Assembly (NCBI GenBank): GCA_964291265.2
Contig: OZ219747.1
Location: forward strand, 480,001 to 544,000
Source: Alphaproteobacteria bacterium
GTDB lineage: Bacteria; Pseudomonadota; Alphaproteobacteria; SP197
DNA: 64,000 bases
Direction of reading: 5' to 3'
Shown: positions 50,490 to 64,000 of the stretch, in pieces
Layout of the letters: each line of letters opens with the position of its first letter
Position numbering within the stretch: position 1 is the first letter of the stretch
The notes under the pieces: generated by a model
Seen by the model: the letters and a program-made list of their open reading frames with translations, nothing else
What the model was told of the DNA's origin: nothing
Database searches by the model: none
Program-made: the position numbers and the translations under genes

Positions 50490-51886
50490 ACCGAAGCGGG
50501 CGAGGATATCCGCCAGTCGCTTCATGCCCTTGCCGAACACCCGCAGCGTATAGAAGGAACCCGCCGCCCGCTTGCTGATCTCGCTCAAGGTCGGATCAGG
50601 CGCGATCATCCCTGCCACGGCACCGACCTTCAACCCCGAACCGATCGCCAGGACCCAGGGCGCGATCAGCTCCCGGCATGCGCCGCCACGATGGTCGCTC
50701 CCAGGATCCGACCACGCGGCGTGGTCACGACCTTGATCAGTCCCCTGGTCCTGCGCTCGGCAATGGCGCGGTCATTCTCGGCGCAGGGGAACCTCACAAG
50801 CGGTGACAGTTGCGTGCCGCCTGCGTGCTGCGTCTTCCGTCAGGCCGACATGGGCCAATTCCGGGCCCGTGCAGGTCACCCACGGGAAGGCGTCGAGATT
50901 CACCTTCGCCGGAAGGCGCAACAGGGCATTCCTGATGACGATTCCCGCGTGATGCCCGGCCAGATGGGTGAACCGGAACGCTCCGGCACTTATCGCCGAT
51001 GGCAAAGACCCGTCGGTTGGTGGTACGCAACCGGCGGTCAACCCGGATACCGTTCCGGTCAGGTGCGATAGCGGCTGCATCGAGGCCGAGATCGGTGGTG
51101 TCGGATCGGCGACCGACCGCCACCAGGAGATGGGATCCCTCGAGGACGAGCGCCTCGCCGTTCCTGTCGCAGGAGACCGTGATCCCGCCGGCCTCGCCCG
51201 GCGCGTCGCGGACGGCAAGGAGCTCGACGATCTCGATGCCATCGTCCGTCAGGCTCTCCTTCACGACGGCGGTGAGTTCGGGGTCGTCATGGGGCTGGAG
51301 GGGATCGATGTCGAGAACCGTCACGCGGCTGCCCAGACGGCGATGGGCCTGGACCATCTCGGAGCCGATCGGTCCACCGCCGACGCCGTTCGGGTGCTCC
51401 GGGAGCTTCTGGTTGTCGAACAGCATCTCGTGGGTGAACAGGGATACGGGATCGAGACCGAGGATGGGAGGAACCACCGCCCTTGATCCCGTGGCGAGGA
51501 CGAAACGGCGGGCGCGGATCGTCCGCCCTTCCACCTCCACGAATCCCGGCGAGACACCGAAACTCCGGTAGCGCTCCACGGAATCGTTGGGCTCGATGCG
51601 GGCCATGACGTCGCGCACGTGCCAGTTGACCGCGGCAAAGTCGATCTCCGGTTCATGGAGCGTGATCCCGAAGCACCGGGCATGACGCATCGCATGGGCA
51701 GGCCTTGCCGGCGGCAAGCAGAGACCTGGACGGCACGCAACCGAAATCGAGGCAGTCGCCGCCCATCCGCATGCCCTCGATAAGAGCCGTACTGCGGCCC
51801 ATGCGGGATGCGGCGCAGGCGGTGACGGGCTCTCCTGAACCCCCGCCAATGACACGGATGTCGACGCTGTCGCGGTCCGCCGTCAT
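50490..51886 (-). pseudogene. Pyridine nucleotide-disulfide oxidoreductase (Lpd/MerA-like), multiply frameshifted
   Basis: VIGGGSG, GGDCLDFGCVPS, ATGSR, GGGPIGSEM, AVGRR, FAIGD and FTHLA spread over several frames. Confidence 0.85.
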
Positions 51887-52611
51887 CCGGAATCCTGTCG
51901 TCGGGCCTTCAACTTCCTGGCCGCCACGGGCACCAGGGCGATCACGGCCAGACCGGCCAGGCCCAGGACAATCTCCGTCGACACGGCGTTCTCCAGGGAG
52001 AACTCGCCCCCGGACTCGAACACCTCACCCAATCCGTCGCCGATCACGTTGTAGACCGTGGTTCCGGGAATGATGCCGATGAAGGTCGTCAGCATATACA
52101 TGCCGGTCTTCACTCCGAGAAAGGCCGGCAGGAGATTGACCACCCAGAACGGAAAGACGGGCAGCAGTCTGAGGAAGAGAAGGTAGTTGAACTCGCCGTC
52201 GCGAAATCCTTCCTCCATGCGGCCGGCAAACGGCTTGACGCGCTCCCACAGGGCCTCGCCGAAAGACGTGCGGGCCACGAGAAAGACCGCCGTCGCACCC
52301 GCCGTCGCGGCGACAACGGTCAGGATGGTCCCGAGGAGCCAGCCGAAGAGAAAGCCGCCCAGCAGGGTGACGAGGGAGGCGGCGGGGAACGAGATGCCAG
52401 TCAGGAAGGCATAGGCCAGGACATAGACCACCACCGCCAGCGCCAGGTTGCCCTCCACGAGGGCGCCGAGTTCGGAGTGATGCGCCTGCAGGGACTCAAA
52501 ACTGATCTGCCTGTGAAGCCCGCTGACGAAGAGGGCAACCAGCAGTGCCACCACGACAAGGACCGGAATCAATCGCCTGAGCCGCCGCACGGTCGTTGAT
52601 TGCTGAACCAT
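51883..52611 (-). CDS. TVP38/TMEM64 (VTT/DedA-like) membrane protein
   Basis: GGFLFG, GATAVFLVAR, LFLRLLPVFPF.VVN, GIIPG. Confidence 0.88.
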   Translation of the reverse strand: MVQQSTTVRRLRRLIPVLVVVALLVALFVSGLHRQISFESLQAHHSELGALVEGNLALAVVVYVLAYAFLTGISFPAASLVTLLGGFLFGWLLGTILTVVAATAGATAVFLVARTSFGEALWERVKPFAGRMEEGFRDGEFNYLLFLRLLPVFPFWVVNLLPAFLGVKTGMYMLTTFIGIIPGTTVYNVIGDGLGEVFESGGEFSLENAVSTEIVLGLAGLAVIALVPVAARKLKARRQDSG

Positions 52612-52683
52612 CACGCACGCACCCCGTTTCGGACATCGACACGACACACTAGCGGCATGACAGGCATTGAGGAAATGTCGACA

Positions 52684-52712
52684 TTGACTTCAACCGGCTC
52701 CTCCCCTATACA
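52684..52712 (+). promoter_or_regulatory. Sigma70 promoter of the rpmH operon
   Basis: TTGACT-17 nt-TATACA. Confidence 0.65.
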
Positions 52713-52765
52713 GCCCCGCCGCCCGCACCCCGTCCGGTGCGTGGCCCATGCTTGGAGTCCTGACG

Positions 52766-52900
52766 GTGAAACGCACATTCCAGCCCAGCCGTATCGTTCG
52801 GAAACGACGTCATGGCTTTCGTGCACGCATGAAGTCCGTGGGCGGACGTGCCGTGCTCGCGCGCCGGCGCGCGAAAGGCCGCAAGCGCCTGTCAGCCTGA
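52766..52900 (+). CDS. rpmH: 50S ribosomal protein L34 (absent from the ORF track)
   Basis: GTG start; [44 protein letters not shown]. Confidence 0.97.
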   Translation: MKRTFQPSRIVRKRRHGFRARMKSVGGRAVLARRRAKGRKRLSA

Positions 52901-52903
52901 GTT

Positions 52904-53254
52904 ATGCCTGTCGATGTCGTGCGCCTCAGACGGAGAAGCGACTATCTTCGCGTGGCGGCGACGCGGCTGAAGGCGGTCACTCCGGGGATCGTCGTCCAGG
53001 CAGCGCCCCGCGACGACGATGCCATCGGTGTCGGGTACACGGCGAGCCGCAGGGTCGGCAACGCCGTCCGGCGCAACCGGGCGCGGCGACGGCTGAAAGC
53101 TCTCGCCCCGCCGATTCTCGCCCGGTCCGGGCACAGGGCCACAGACTATGTCCTGATCGCCCGCCGTGAAACGGTCCATCGTCCCTTCGCCTGCCTTGTC
53201 GGCGATCTCGAAAGGGCGCTCACCCGCCTCGGTAACGCTGCGCCGCGGTCATGA
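52904..53254 (+). CDS. rnpA: Ribonuclease P protein component
   Basis: [28 protein letters not shown]. Confidence 0.95.
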   Translation: MPVDVVRLRRRSDYLRVAATRLKAVTPGIVVQAAPRDDDAIGVGYTASRRVGNAVRRNRARRRLKALAPPILARSGHRATDYVLIARRETVHRPFACLVGDLERALTRLGNAAPRS

Positions 53255-53490
53255 GAAACGCCGCCTCATCCGTTCTACAGGCCTTCATCCTGATCTACCG
53301 GTATGGCATATCGCCCCTGACGCCGGCGTCGTGCCGCTATCTTCCGACCTGTTCGGCCTATGCCAGCGAAGCCATTCGCCGGCACGGTCCACTGAGAGGC
53401 GCCTCGCTGGCGCTCCGTCGTATCGCGCGGTGCCACCCCCTAGGCGGAAGCGGCTACGATCCGGTTCCCGAGAGAACGAACGAACGATGA
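53251..53490 (+). CDS. yidD: Membrane protein insertion efficiency factor
   Basis: ISP...[27 protein letters not shown]. Confidence 0.95.
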   Translation: MRNAASSVLQAFILIYRYGISPLTPASCRYLPTCSAYASEAIRRHGPLRGASLALRRIARCHPLGGSGYDPVPERTNER

Positions 53491-55235
53491 TGCCCCAGGA
53501 ACAGCGGAACGTGTGGTTGGCCACGGCAATCATCCTCCTGATGTTCCTAGCCTGGCAGTTTCTCTACGAACTTCCGAGAATACAGCGGGAACAGGAAGCT
53601 GTCGAACGCCAGCAGGAACTCGCCGCCACCGGGGACGATTCCACCCTGCCCCGGGTCTCCACGTCCTCGGTCGGCGTGGAGGAATCCGTTGTCCGGGAGA
53701 TCAGCCGAAGCGAAGCCCTGGCGCAGTCGCCCCGCATTGCCATCCGGACACCGACTCTGAGCGGCTCCATCGCCCTTGTCGGCGGGCGCATCGACGATCT
53801 CACACTCCTCGACTACCGCATGGAAGTCGGACCGGACTCGCCGGATGTCATCCTGCTGTCACCGGTAGGAGGTCCGTCCTCCTACTTCACCGAATTCGGC
53901 TGGCTCGACGGGGGTTCGGGTGCGACCCTGCCGGATTCGACCTCCATGTGGCAGGCAGGCGATGTCGCGCTGACGCCCGAGACACCCGTCACGCTCTCCT
54001 GGAACAACGGCGAGGGCCTTCTCTTCGAGCGGACCTTCGCGGTCGACGAGCATTCCATGTTCACCGTGACCCAGCGTGTCATCAACCAGGGCGGGGAAAC
54101 GGTCTCGCTTCTTCCCTACGGCCGGATCAAGCGGTACGGGACACCACCGACGCTGGGATTCTACATCCTGCACGAGGGGCTGATCGGAGTCCTCAACGAG
54201 ACCCTCGAGGAAATCGACTACGACGATCTGTCGGACCCTGACGATGCGTCGGAAATCTCGTTCGACAGCCCGAACGGTTGGCTCGGCATCACTGACAAGT
54301 ACTGGCTTGTGGCACTGATACCCGACCAGGGCGATCCGTTCCGTGGCCGCTTTCTCCATCACCTCCAGGGAGGAACGACGGACACCTACCAGGCGGACTT
54401 CTACCGCAGCGCGCTCAGCGTGGCACCGGGCGCGACCGTCACCTCCGAGGACCGCCTGTTCGCAGGCGCCAAGGTCGTGACCGAGCTCGACAACTACGCC
54501 GAGGCCTTCAACATCCCGCTCTTCGACCGGGCGGTGGACTTCGGCTGGTTCTACTTCCTCACGAAACCCATCTTCTTCGTCCTGCTGTGGCTCAAGAACG
54601 CGATCGGGAACTTCGGTCTCGCCATCCTGGCGCTCACCGTCATCATCAAGATCATCTTCTTCCCCCTGGCCAACAAGTCCTACCGATCGATGAGCAAGAT
54701 GCGCAAGCTGGCGCCGAAGATGAAGGAGCTGCGCGAGCGTTTCGGTGACGACAAGCAGAAGATGCAGCAGGAACTGATGGCCCTCTACCGCCAGGAGAAG
54801 GTCAACCCAGCCTCGGGCTGTCTGCCGATCCTGGTGCAGATTCCGGTCTTCTTTGCCCTCTACAAGGTGCTGTTCGTCACCATCGAGATGCGCCACGCGC
54901 CGTTCTACGGCTGGATCGAGGATCTTTCCGAACCCGATCCGACGGTGATCTGGAATGTCTTCGGACTGCTTCCCTTCGATCCCGGAGTCTTCCTGCCGCC
55001 CTTCCTGATGATCGGCGCCTGGCCCGTCCTGATGTCCTCGACCATGTGGCTGCAGCAGAGGATCAGTCCGCAGCCACCGGATCCCATGCAGGCAAGGATC
55101 TTCATGTTTCTGCCGCTCATCTTCCTCTTCATCTTCGCCACCTTTCCGGCGGGGCTGGTGATCTACTGGACGTGGAACAACCTGCTCTCTATCGCCCAGC
55201 AGTGGTTCATCATGAAGCGGGAGGGCGTCGACTAG
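53487..55235 (+). CDS. yidC: Membrane protein insertase
   Basis: [34 protein letters not shown]-like [17 protein letters not shown]. Confidence 0.96.
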   Translation: MMPQEQRNVWLATAIILLMFLAWQFLYELPRIQREQEAVERQQELAATGDDSTLPRVSTSSVGVEESVVREISRSEALAQSPRIAIRTPTLSGSIALVGGRIDDLTLLDYRMEVGPDSPDVILLSPVGGPSSYFTEFGWLDGGSGATLPDSTSMWQAGDVALTPETPVTLSWNNGEGLLFERTFAVDEHSMFTVTQRVINQGGETVSLLPYGRIKRYGTPPTLGFYILHEGLIGVLNETLEEIDYDDLSDPDDASEISFDSPNGWLGITDKYWLVALIPDQGDPFRGRFLHHLQGGTTDTYQADFYRSALSVAPGATVTSEDRLFAGAKVVTELDNYAEAFNIPLFDRAVDFGWFYFLTKPIFFVLLWLKNAIGNFGLAILALTVIIKIIFFPLANKSYRSMSKMRKLAPKMKELRERFGDDKQKMQQELMALYRQEKVNPASGCLPILVQIPVFFALYKVLFVTIEMRHAPFYGWIEDLSEPDPTVIWNVFGLLPFDPGVFLPPFLMIGAWPVLMSSTMWLQQRISPQPPDPMQARIFMFLPLIFLFIFATFPAGLVIYWTWNNLLSIAQQWFIMKREGVD

Positions 55236-55646
55236 GCCCGTTGCCGTCACCTGGTGGTCACTGCCCAGGCGCCCTGCCAAGTCTGGGTATGCGAGATGCG
55301 ATAGGACTGGAATTGACCCGAACGGTCGGCAATGCAGACATCCCAATCAACAAGGCGACCAAGCAAGAAGGCGCGGAATCGGCTTTTTCCTTCCTCGCCG
55401 CGCAGAATTCGTTTCTGTTCGCTCGAATGAAAACACGATTGTTTCCTCGATCCTCCCGGACGGGAGAACAACGCCTCGGTTTCGGCAAGGGGAACGCCAT
55501 GTCCGTTTGATCCCTGCGATGTCATTTTCGACCAGCGTCACGTCGATATGCATGGCCTCCGCATCAGGGCAAGGATGGGTTTCGGGTCTTACGCGGTCCG
55601 CTTCAGACGGCGAGCGCCTGAACCTGTATCTCAAGGGACTTGACGA

Positions 55647-58849
<3,203 letters not shown>

Positions 58850-58961
58850 GACGCCGCGGCTCTGCCCGCTCCCAGGACGAACCTTGCGCGCTCGCGGCGG
58901 AGCATCTCGTACGGGCTCATGCAGCGCGGGTTCCTGGCTCGGATGAACGCCTTGACGACCG

Positions 58962-60698
58962 TCACGGTTCAAACGGTCCGTATTCGATCAAGGCGGACCG
59001 GCCGAGGATGTCCACGATGGTGACCGACAAGTCCGAGCCACGGGCGTCCGTCAGCCGTATCGGTTTGCCGGGCCGAAACGGCACGGGTTGCGGACGTCCC
59101 TCGTCGATGGCGATGTTGTCGGCATACAGATACGTCCGGTCGGTCGTATCGCGTATCGGGTTCAGCCGTCCGTGCAGGCCAGGGAGGTATCCCGAGTCCT
59201 GAGAGAAAATCGCGGCGCCACCGGATTCGAGCGGTTCGAGTTCGAGCAGCAGGCCGCCCTGATGAGGGGTCCAGGCTCGTTCCAATCCGGCGGCATAGCC
59301 CGACCCGGCAGCATAGACCGTCATCGACAAATTCGTCGTATAGAGGTCCAGAGCCGCAGCGCCGGTCTCGTCGGTCGTCGCCCGGACCCAGGTCTTGTTG
59401 GGAAAGAGCGCGAGAACCTCGATACCGGTGAGGGGCTCACCTCCGCAATGCACCGTGACTGTTGCATCGGCAGGAACAAGCTCCAGCTTGGCAGCGGGAA
59501 TGCGGAGCACCAAGCTCGATTCATCAACCAATCTGTATTCCGGCGGCAAACCGGTGGCCTCCTGGGTTTCCGCGCGGATGATCGACACGCCGTCCCCGCG
59601 GCGTTCCATCAGGTACCTGCGATGACCGGACCCGGCCACACTGGCGATGGGGACGCGCCCGAACACGGATGCGATCACCTCGTTGCGCGTGGCCTGACTG
59701 TCCTCCATGCCTTCGATGGTCATACCGTTCGGAAGCTCGCCGGGCGAATCGATCTCCAGGCGATCCTTGAACATGGAGAGCCGAATCCTGCGGGACGACA
59801 TGGAGTAGTCGCGGTGCGCCACCGCGTTGACCACCGCTTCGAACACGGCGGCCTTGCTGTACTGGACAACATCTTCCCGTTGCGGAGTCTTGCGGGCGGA
59901 AACACGCATGTTGCGAACGACGAACCGGACCGCGTCCGCGATCTGTTCGGGGAGCGGTCCGGCGATCTCCTGCGCGTCCAGCTGGCCCGAGGCGCGATCC
60001 AGTCCGCGATAGTGTGTTGCCGCGATGGTCGCTTGCGGCAACCAGTCATGCGGAGAAGGAGTGCAAAGCAGAATGCCGGCCACGGTGGCTCGATCAACGC
60101 CCGCTTCATCCTGCGCCAGCAGGCGGAGATTGCGCAGTCCCCGCCGTGGATCCGCCGCCGCCGTCACGCTGAGCAACGGCTCCCACAGGCGTTCGCTGAG
60201 TGTCTCGAAGCCGGTTTCGGGAACACTCTGCTTGTCGAACCACAGGTAGCGGTTCTGCGCGCGCTTCTGCGCCAGCCTCAGACCTTCGTCCCTGCGCAGA
60301 CGCCGCTTGGTCGCACCGACCCGGACGAATGCCTGCCCGTTCCGTTCATGCAGGGCTTCGCCGCGTGGAACTGCGACCAGCAGGAATGCTCTGCCATTCA
60401 GTTCCCTATGGTGGACGCCGATGCGCAGCGGCGGCTCAAGGGCGTCGGTGCTGACCTCCACAAGAAGGTGATCCAGCGCCGCCATCTGCTCCCGCGACAT
60501 GCCTTGGACTGTTCCATCGTCGGACACTCCACAGAGCAATGTCCCGCCGTCCGCGTTGCCGAACGCGCCCAGTTCATCCGCCCAATCGTCTCTGCGTGGG
60601 CTGGTCGGTATGTCGCCACGGAACTCGACCCGCTTGAATTCCCACTGGCTGTCCTCACCCAGGCGGAGTTGGCGGCGGATGTCTTCGTCCGTGATCAT
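58962..60698 (-). CDS. Schlafen/AlbA_2 plus HATPase_c_4-like protein with a beta-rich C-terminal extension
   Basis: EDSQWEFK, AFGNADGGTLLCGVSD, EAVVNAVAHRDYS, IDSPG, RN.VI, ERRGDG; ATGA-coupled to hsdS. Confidence 0.82.
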   Translation of the reverse strand: MITDEDIRRQLRLGEDSQWEFKRVEFRGDIPTSPRRDDWADELGAFGNADGGTLLCGVSDDGTVQGMSREQMAALDHLLVEVSTDALEPPLRIGVHHRELNGRAFLLVAVPRGEALHERNGQAFVRVGATKRRLRRDEGLRLAQKRAQNRYLWFDKQSVPETGFETLSERLWEPLLSVTAAADPRRGLRNLRLLAQDEAGVDRATVAGILLCTPSPHDWLPQATIAATHYRGLDRASGQLDAQEIAGPLPEQIADAVRFVVRNMRVSARKTPQREDVVQYSKAAVFEAVVNAVAHRDYSMSSRRIRLSMFKDRLEIDSPGELPNGMTIEGMEDSQATRNEVIASVFGRVPIASVAGSGHRRYLMERRGDGVSIIRAETQEATGLPPEYRLVDESSLVLRIPAAKLELVPADATVTVHCGGEPLTGIEVLALFPNKTWVRATTDETGAAALDLYTTNLSMTVYAAGSGYAAGLERAWTPHQGGLLLELEPLESGGAAIFSQDSGYLPGLHGRLNPIRDTTDRTYLYADNIAIDEGRPQPVPFRPGKPIRLTDARGSDLSVTIVDILGRSALIEYGPFEP

Positions 60699-62365
60699 GG
60701 CGCAACCCCCTCTACAGCGCGCTCCCCATCCCGAAGGCTGATTTCGCCGGACATGAGCTTTGGGAGAAGCAGATCGCGGAGAGCGCCAATGGTCTCGATC
60801 TGGTGCAGATTGCTCAGGGCGCGTCTCATAATCGGCATCGCCCACACCTCAAAGGCTTCTGCGACGCTCACCGGTGGCAAGGCTAAATCGACCAGAGCAA
60901 AAGTCTGGCGTGTGATCGTGTCAAAAATCGTGCCGTGCGTCCGGTTCCGCAACTCTTCCACCATCATTCTGACAAGCCAGTATGTGAAGAAGTCACAATA
61001 GCCGCCGACGCCTCGTATCCCGTAGCAACTCTGATTCATGGCCATCGCCCTGCCGAGACAAGCCAACTTTCCGACAGTGCCCCTTGCGGTAATAACGGTC
61101 GTTCCGGCCGAAAGAACTTCTGCCGCACTGTTTTCAACCCCTGTTTGCGTAATGCTCCTCTCGGTCTCCAGGACGAACATGTCCGAGGAAGATGGCGCAT
61201 CTTTTGCCGTATACCAATAAATTTCGCCATCCCAATAATCTTCGATTGACGTTTTAGGCGTACCTCCACTGTGAATTTCTATTACATCATCTAAAACTCC
61301 TGCCTCCCACCCCACCGGTATCTCACCAAGTTCGGAGTTGACGAAGCGGTCAGGAAACAGTTCCCACAGGTCAGGGACGAGGTAAGGGGCACGCCCTTCC
61401 ATCTTCGCCCGGACCGGTCCGAAATCGACGAACCAGTCCTTGAAGATCGCCCGCGCCATCGCCTCCAGCGTCTCGTTCATGCACCGGTTCAGTTCGATCT
61501 TGTCTTCCAAACTCTCAACAAGTTGCAGAAACGTGCGACGAATGGGCGTTAGTGAAGGTATCGGAAAGGAAAGGAAGTCATCACGGGAGAGACCTAGGTT
61601 GGTCGTCCCCGTGGCGTGTGCCTTGCAATATGCTCGATACTGAGGAGTCCTCAGCATCCAGTAGATGTATGTTTTGACAGATTCGTCATCCTTGAAGTTC
61701 AGCTTTACCGTGTCTTGGGTAAGCCTTCCTTGCGAAATCGTATCCGGAACCCGTGCAATGGCGCCAAGCAGATCAGCAGATTGCGTTACGTCCTTCAAAG
61801 ACACATAGATGTCACCGGGCTCTAGAAGGATCCGTTTGTCGGAAGGACCACCATAGGTCTTGAGGTTGTCAGGTCGAAAGCCTCCATTGCGTGCAATGGA
61901 GGCCAACCCCAGCAAAACTGGCCCATCTTGTCCCAGCAAGGCACTCTTGTAGGTACTCCCCCTTTGCAAGTCGACATAGTCTCCGAGAGTACTGATCGAT
62001 TGGTCCAGACGACTGACCGCATCAGAGCCCTGCGCCGGAACATGGACACTCAGCCCGTCACGGCGGATTATTTTGCGGAAGGTTTCGTCAATGCTCGCCC
62101 AATCGACAATATCAACCTTAAAGGGAAGGTCGGACTCGCTAAACGCGTCGACCAGCGCCGTGCTTACGTCCAGCGGTAGCGACTCCTTACCTATAATGGC
62201 GAGATCGAGATCAGAGTAGTTCTTCGCCGTCCAGGTCGCACGAGATCCGAAAGTCACTACCTGCCGATCCGGGACGTACCGCTGCAGAATGTTCCGCACG
62301 ACTGCCCAATGATCGGGCCGAAGGTCAAGGTGCGTCGTTTCCTCGTTCATGCCAGACGGTCTCAC
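60695..62365 (-). CDS. hsdS: Minimal nucleotidyltransferase (MntA/HI0073-like) fused to Type I specificity subunit HsdS
   Basis: N-terminal FGSRATWTAKNYSDLD...DLPFKVDIVD; then two TRDs with EDKIELN...LEAMARAIFKDWFVDF, ELGEIP.GW, GGTP, LRDLLLPKLMSGE. Confidence 0.88.
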   Translation of the reverse strand: MRPSGMNEETTHLDLRPDHWAVVRNILQRYVPDRQVVTFGSRATWTAKNYSDLDLAIIGKESLPLDVSTALVDAFSESDLPFKVDIVDWASIDETFRKIIRRDGLSVHVPAQGSDAVSRLDQSISTLGDYVDLQRGSTYKSALLGQDGPVLLGLASIARNGGFRPDNLKTYGGPSDKRILLEPGDIYVSLKDVTQSADLLGAIARVPDTISQGRLTQDTVKLNFKDDESVKTYIYWMLRTPQYRAYCKAHATGTTNLGLSRDDFLSFPIPSLTPIRRTFLQLVESLEDKIELNRCMNETLEAMARAIFKDWFVDFGPVRAKMEGRAPYLVPDLWELFPDRFVNSELGEIPVGWEAGVLDDVIEIHSGGTPKTSIEDYWDGEIYWYTAKDAPSSSDMFVLETERSITQTGVENSAAEVLSAGTTVITARGTVGKLACLGRAMAMNQSCYGIRGVGGYCDFFTYWLVRMMVEELRNRTHGTIFDTITRQTFALVDLALPPVSVAEAFEVWAMPIMRRALSNLHQIETIGALRDLLLPKLMSGEISLRDGERAVEGVAP

Positions 62366-62746
62366 AATTTGTCGCGCAAATAAGTCACCTCTCTGATGAA
62401 TTGAGAAATGCCTTCGACCACCTCGAGCGCGGTATTCTCATTGTAGGTGTGGCTGGTTTTCGCACGCATGCCACGAAAGTCGCGCCAACTCGGCCAGTCT
62501 CCCAACAAAAGGCCCTGCTCGTTGCCCGTTCGAATTAAATCCTGAAACGTCATCTCATCGAATTGCCCCGGGTTGGCCGAAGCATATTCGAGATAGCGCT
62601 TCAGACTCTTGTGCGCGAGCTCATAGGTGAACTCGAAACGCTGAATCAGACCATCGCGAATTTGTGTATCGCTCTCGTTGTCTTGATATCGCAGAAGCCC
62701 TTCTTCAAGGCGTTGAATTGCGCGTTCAAAGGGCGCAATCTCGACA

Positions 62747-62763
<17 letters not shown>
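62362..62763 (-). CDS. HEPN protein (HI0074/HepT-like toxin)
   Basis: [24 protein letters not shown] = RX4HXY; overlaps the MNT-HsdS start. Confidence 0.88.

Positions 62764-64000
<1,237 letters not shown>

Noticed and set aside
55236-55646. att site or gene at the R-M island boundary after yidC
   Set aside because: No tRNA, direct repeat or recognisable ORF was found; the other island end lies outside the window

Overview
This is a GC-rich bacterial window, probably from an alphaproteobacterium (inferred from the ialB-rlmN-argG, yggT/folD and rpmH-rnpA-yidD-yidC arrangements). Housekeeping and catabolic genes alternate with many mobile-element scars and toxin-antitoxin modules. The catabolic genes include acoABC, mmsA, a BCCT carrier, GGT, a class III aminotransferase, acetoacetate-CoA ligase and a GMC oxidoreductase. 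Two loci stand out. (1) At 4944-6719 (minus strand) lies an ORF-less group II twintron. One 888-nt intron is inserted precisely into the domain VI stem of a closely related 888-nt intron. Each carries EBS1/EBS2 sequences matching its own insertion site, and the inner intron has a mismatch in its own copy of the target. (2) At 55647-64000 (minus strand) lies a Type I R-M operon with embedded extra genes: a HEPN toxin (RX4HXY), an MNT antitoxin domain (GSX10DXD) fused in frame to HsdS, and a Schlafen/AlbA_2 protein with an unusual beta-rich C-terminus. hsdM and hsdR each carry a 1-nt frameshift. Also present are an IS1634 and its 385-bp MITE stacked at one ATTAGA site inside yafQ, and two related IS1-like cargo elements. 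A 4.8-kb segment carrying an RTX gene and a (TCGCGTC)10 tract is bracketed by a ~965-bp direct repeat, and there is a triple-domain Rid protein. No rRNA, tRNA or CRISPR array was seen. All protein calls come from motif recognition by eye, with no database search.
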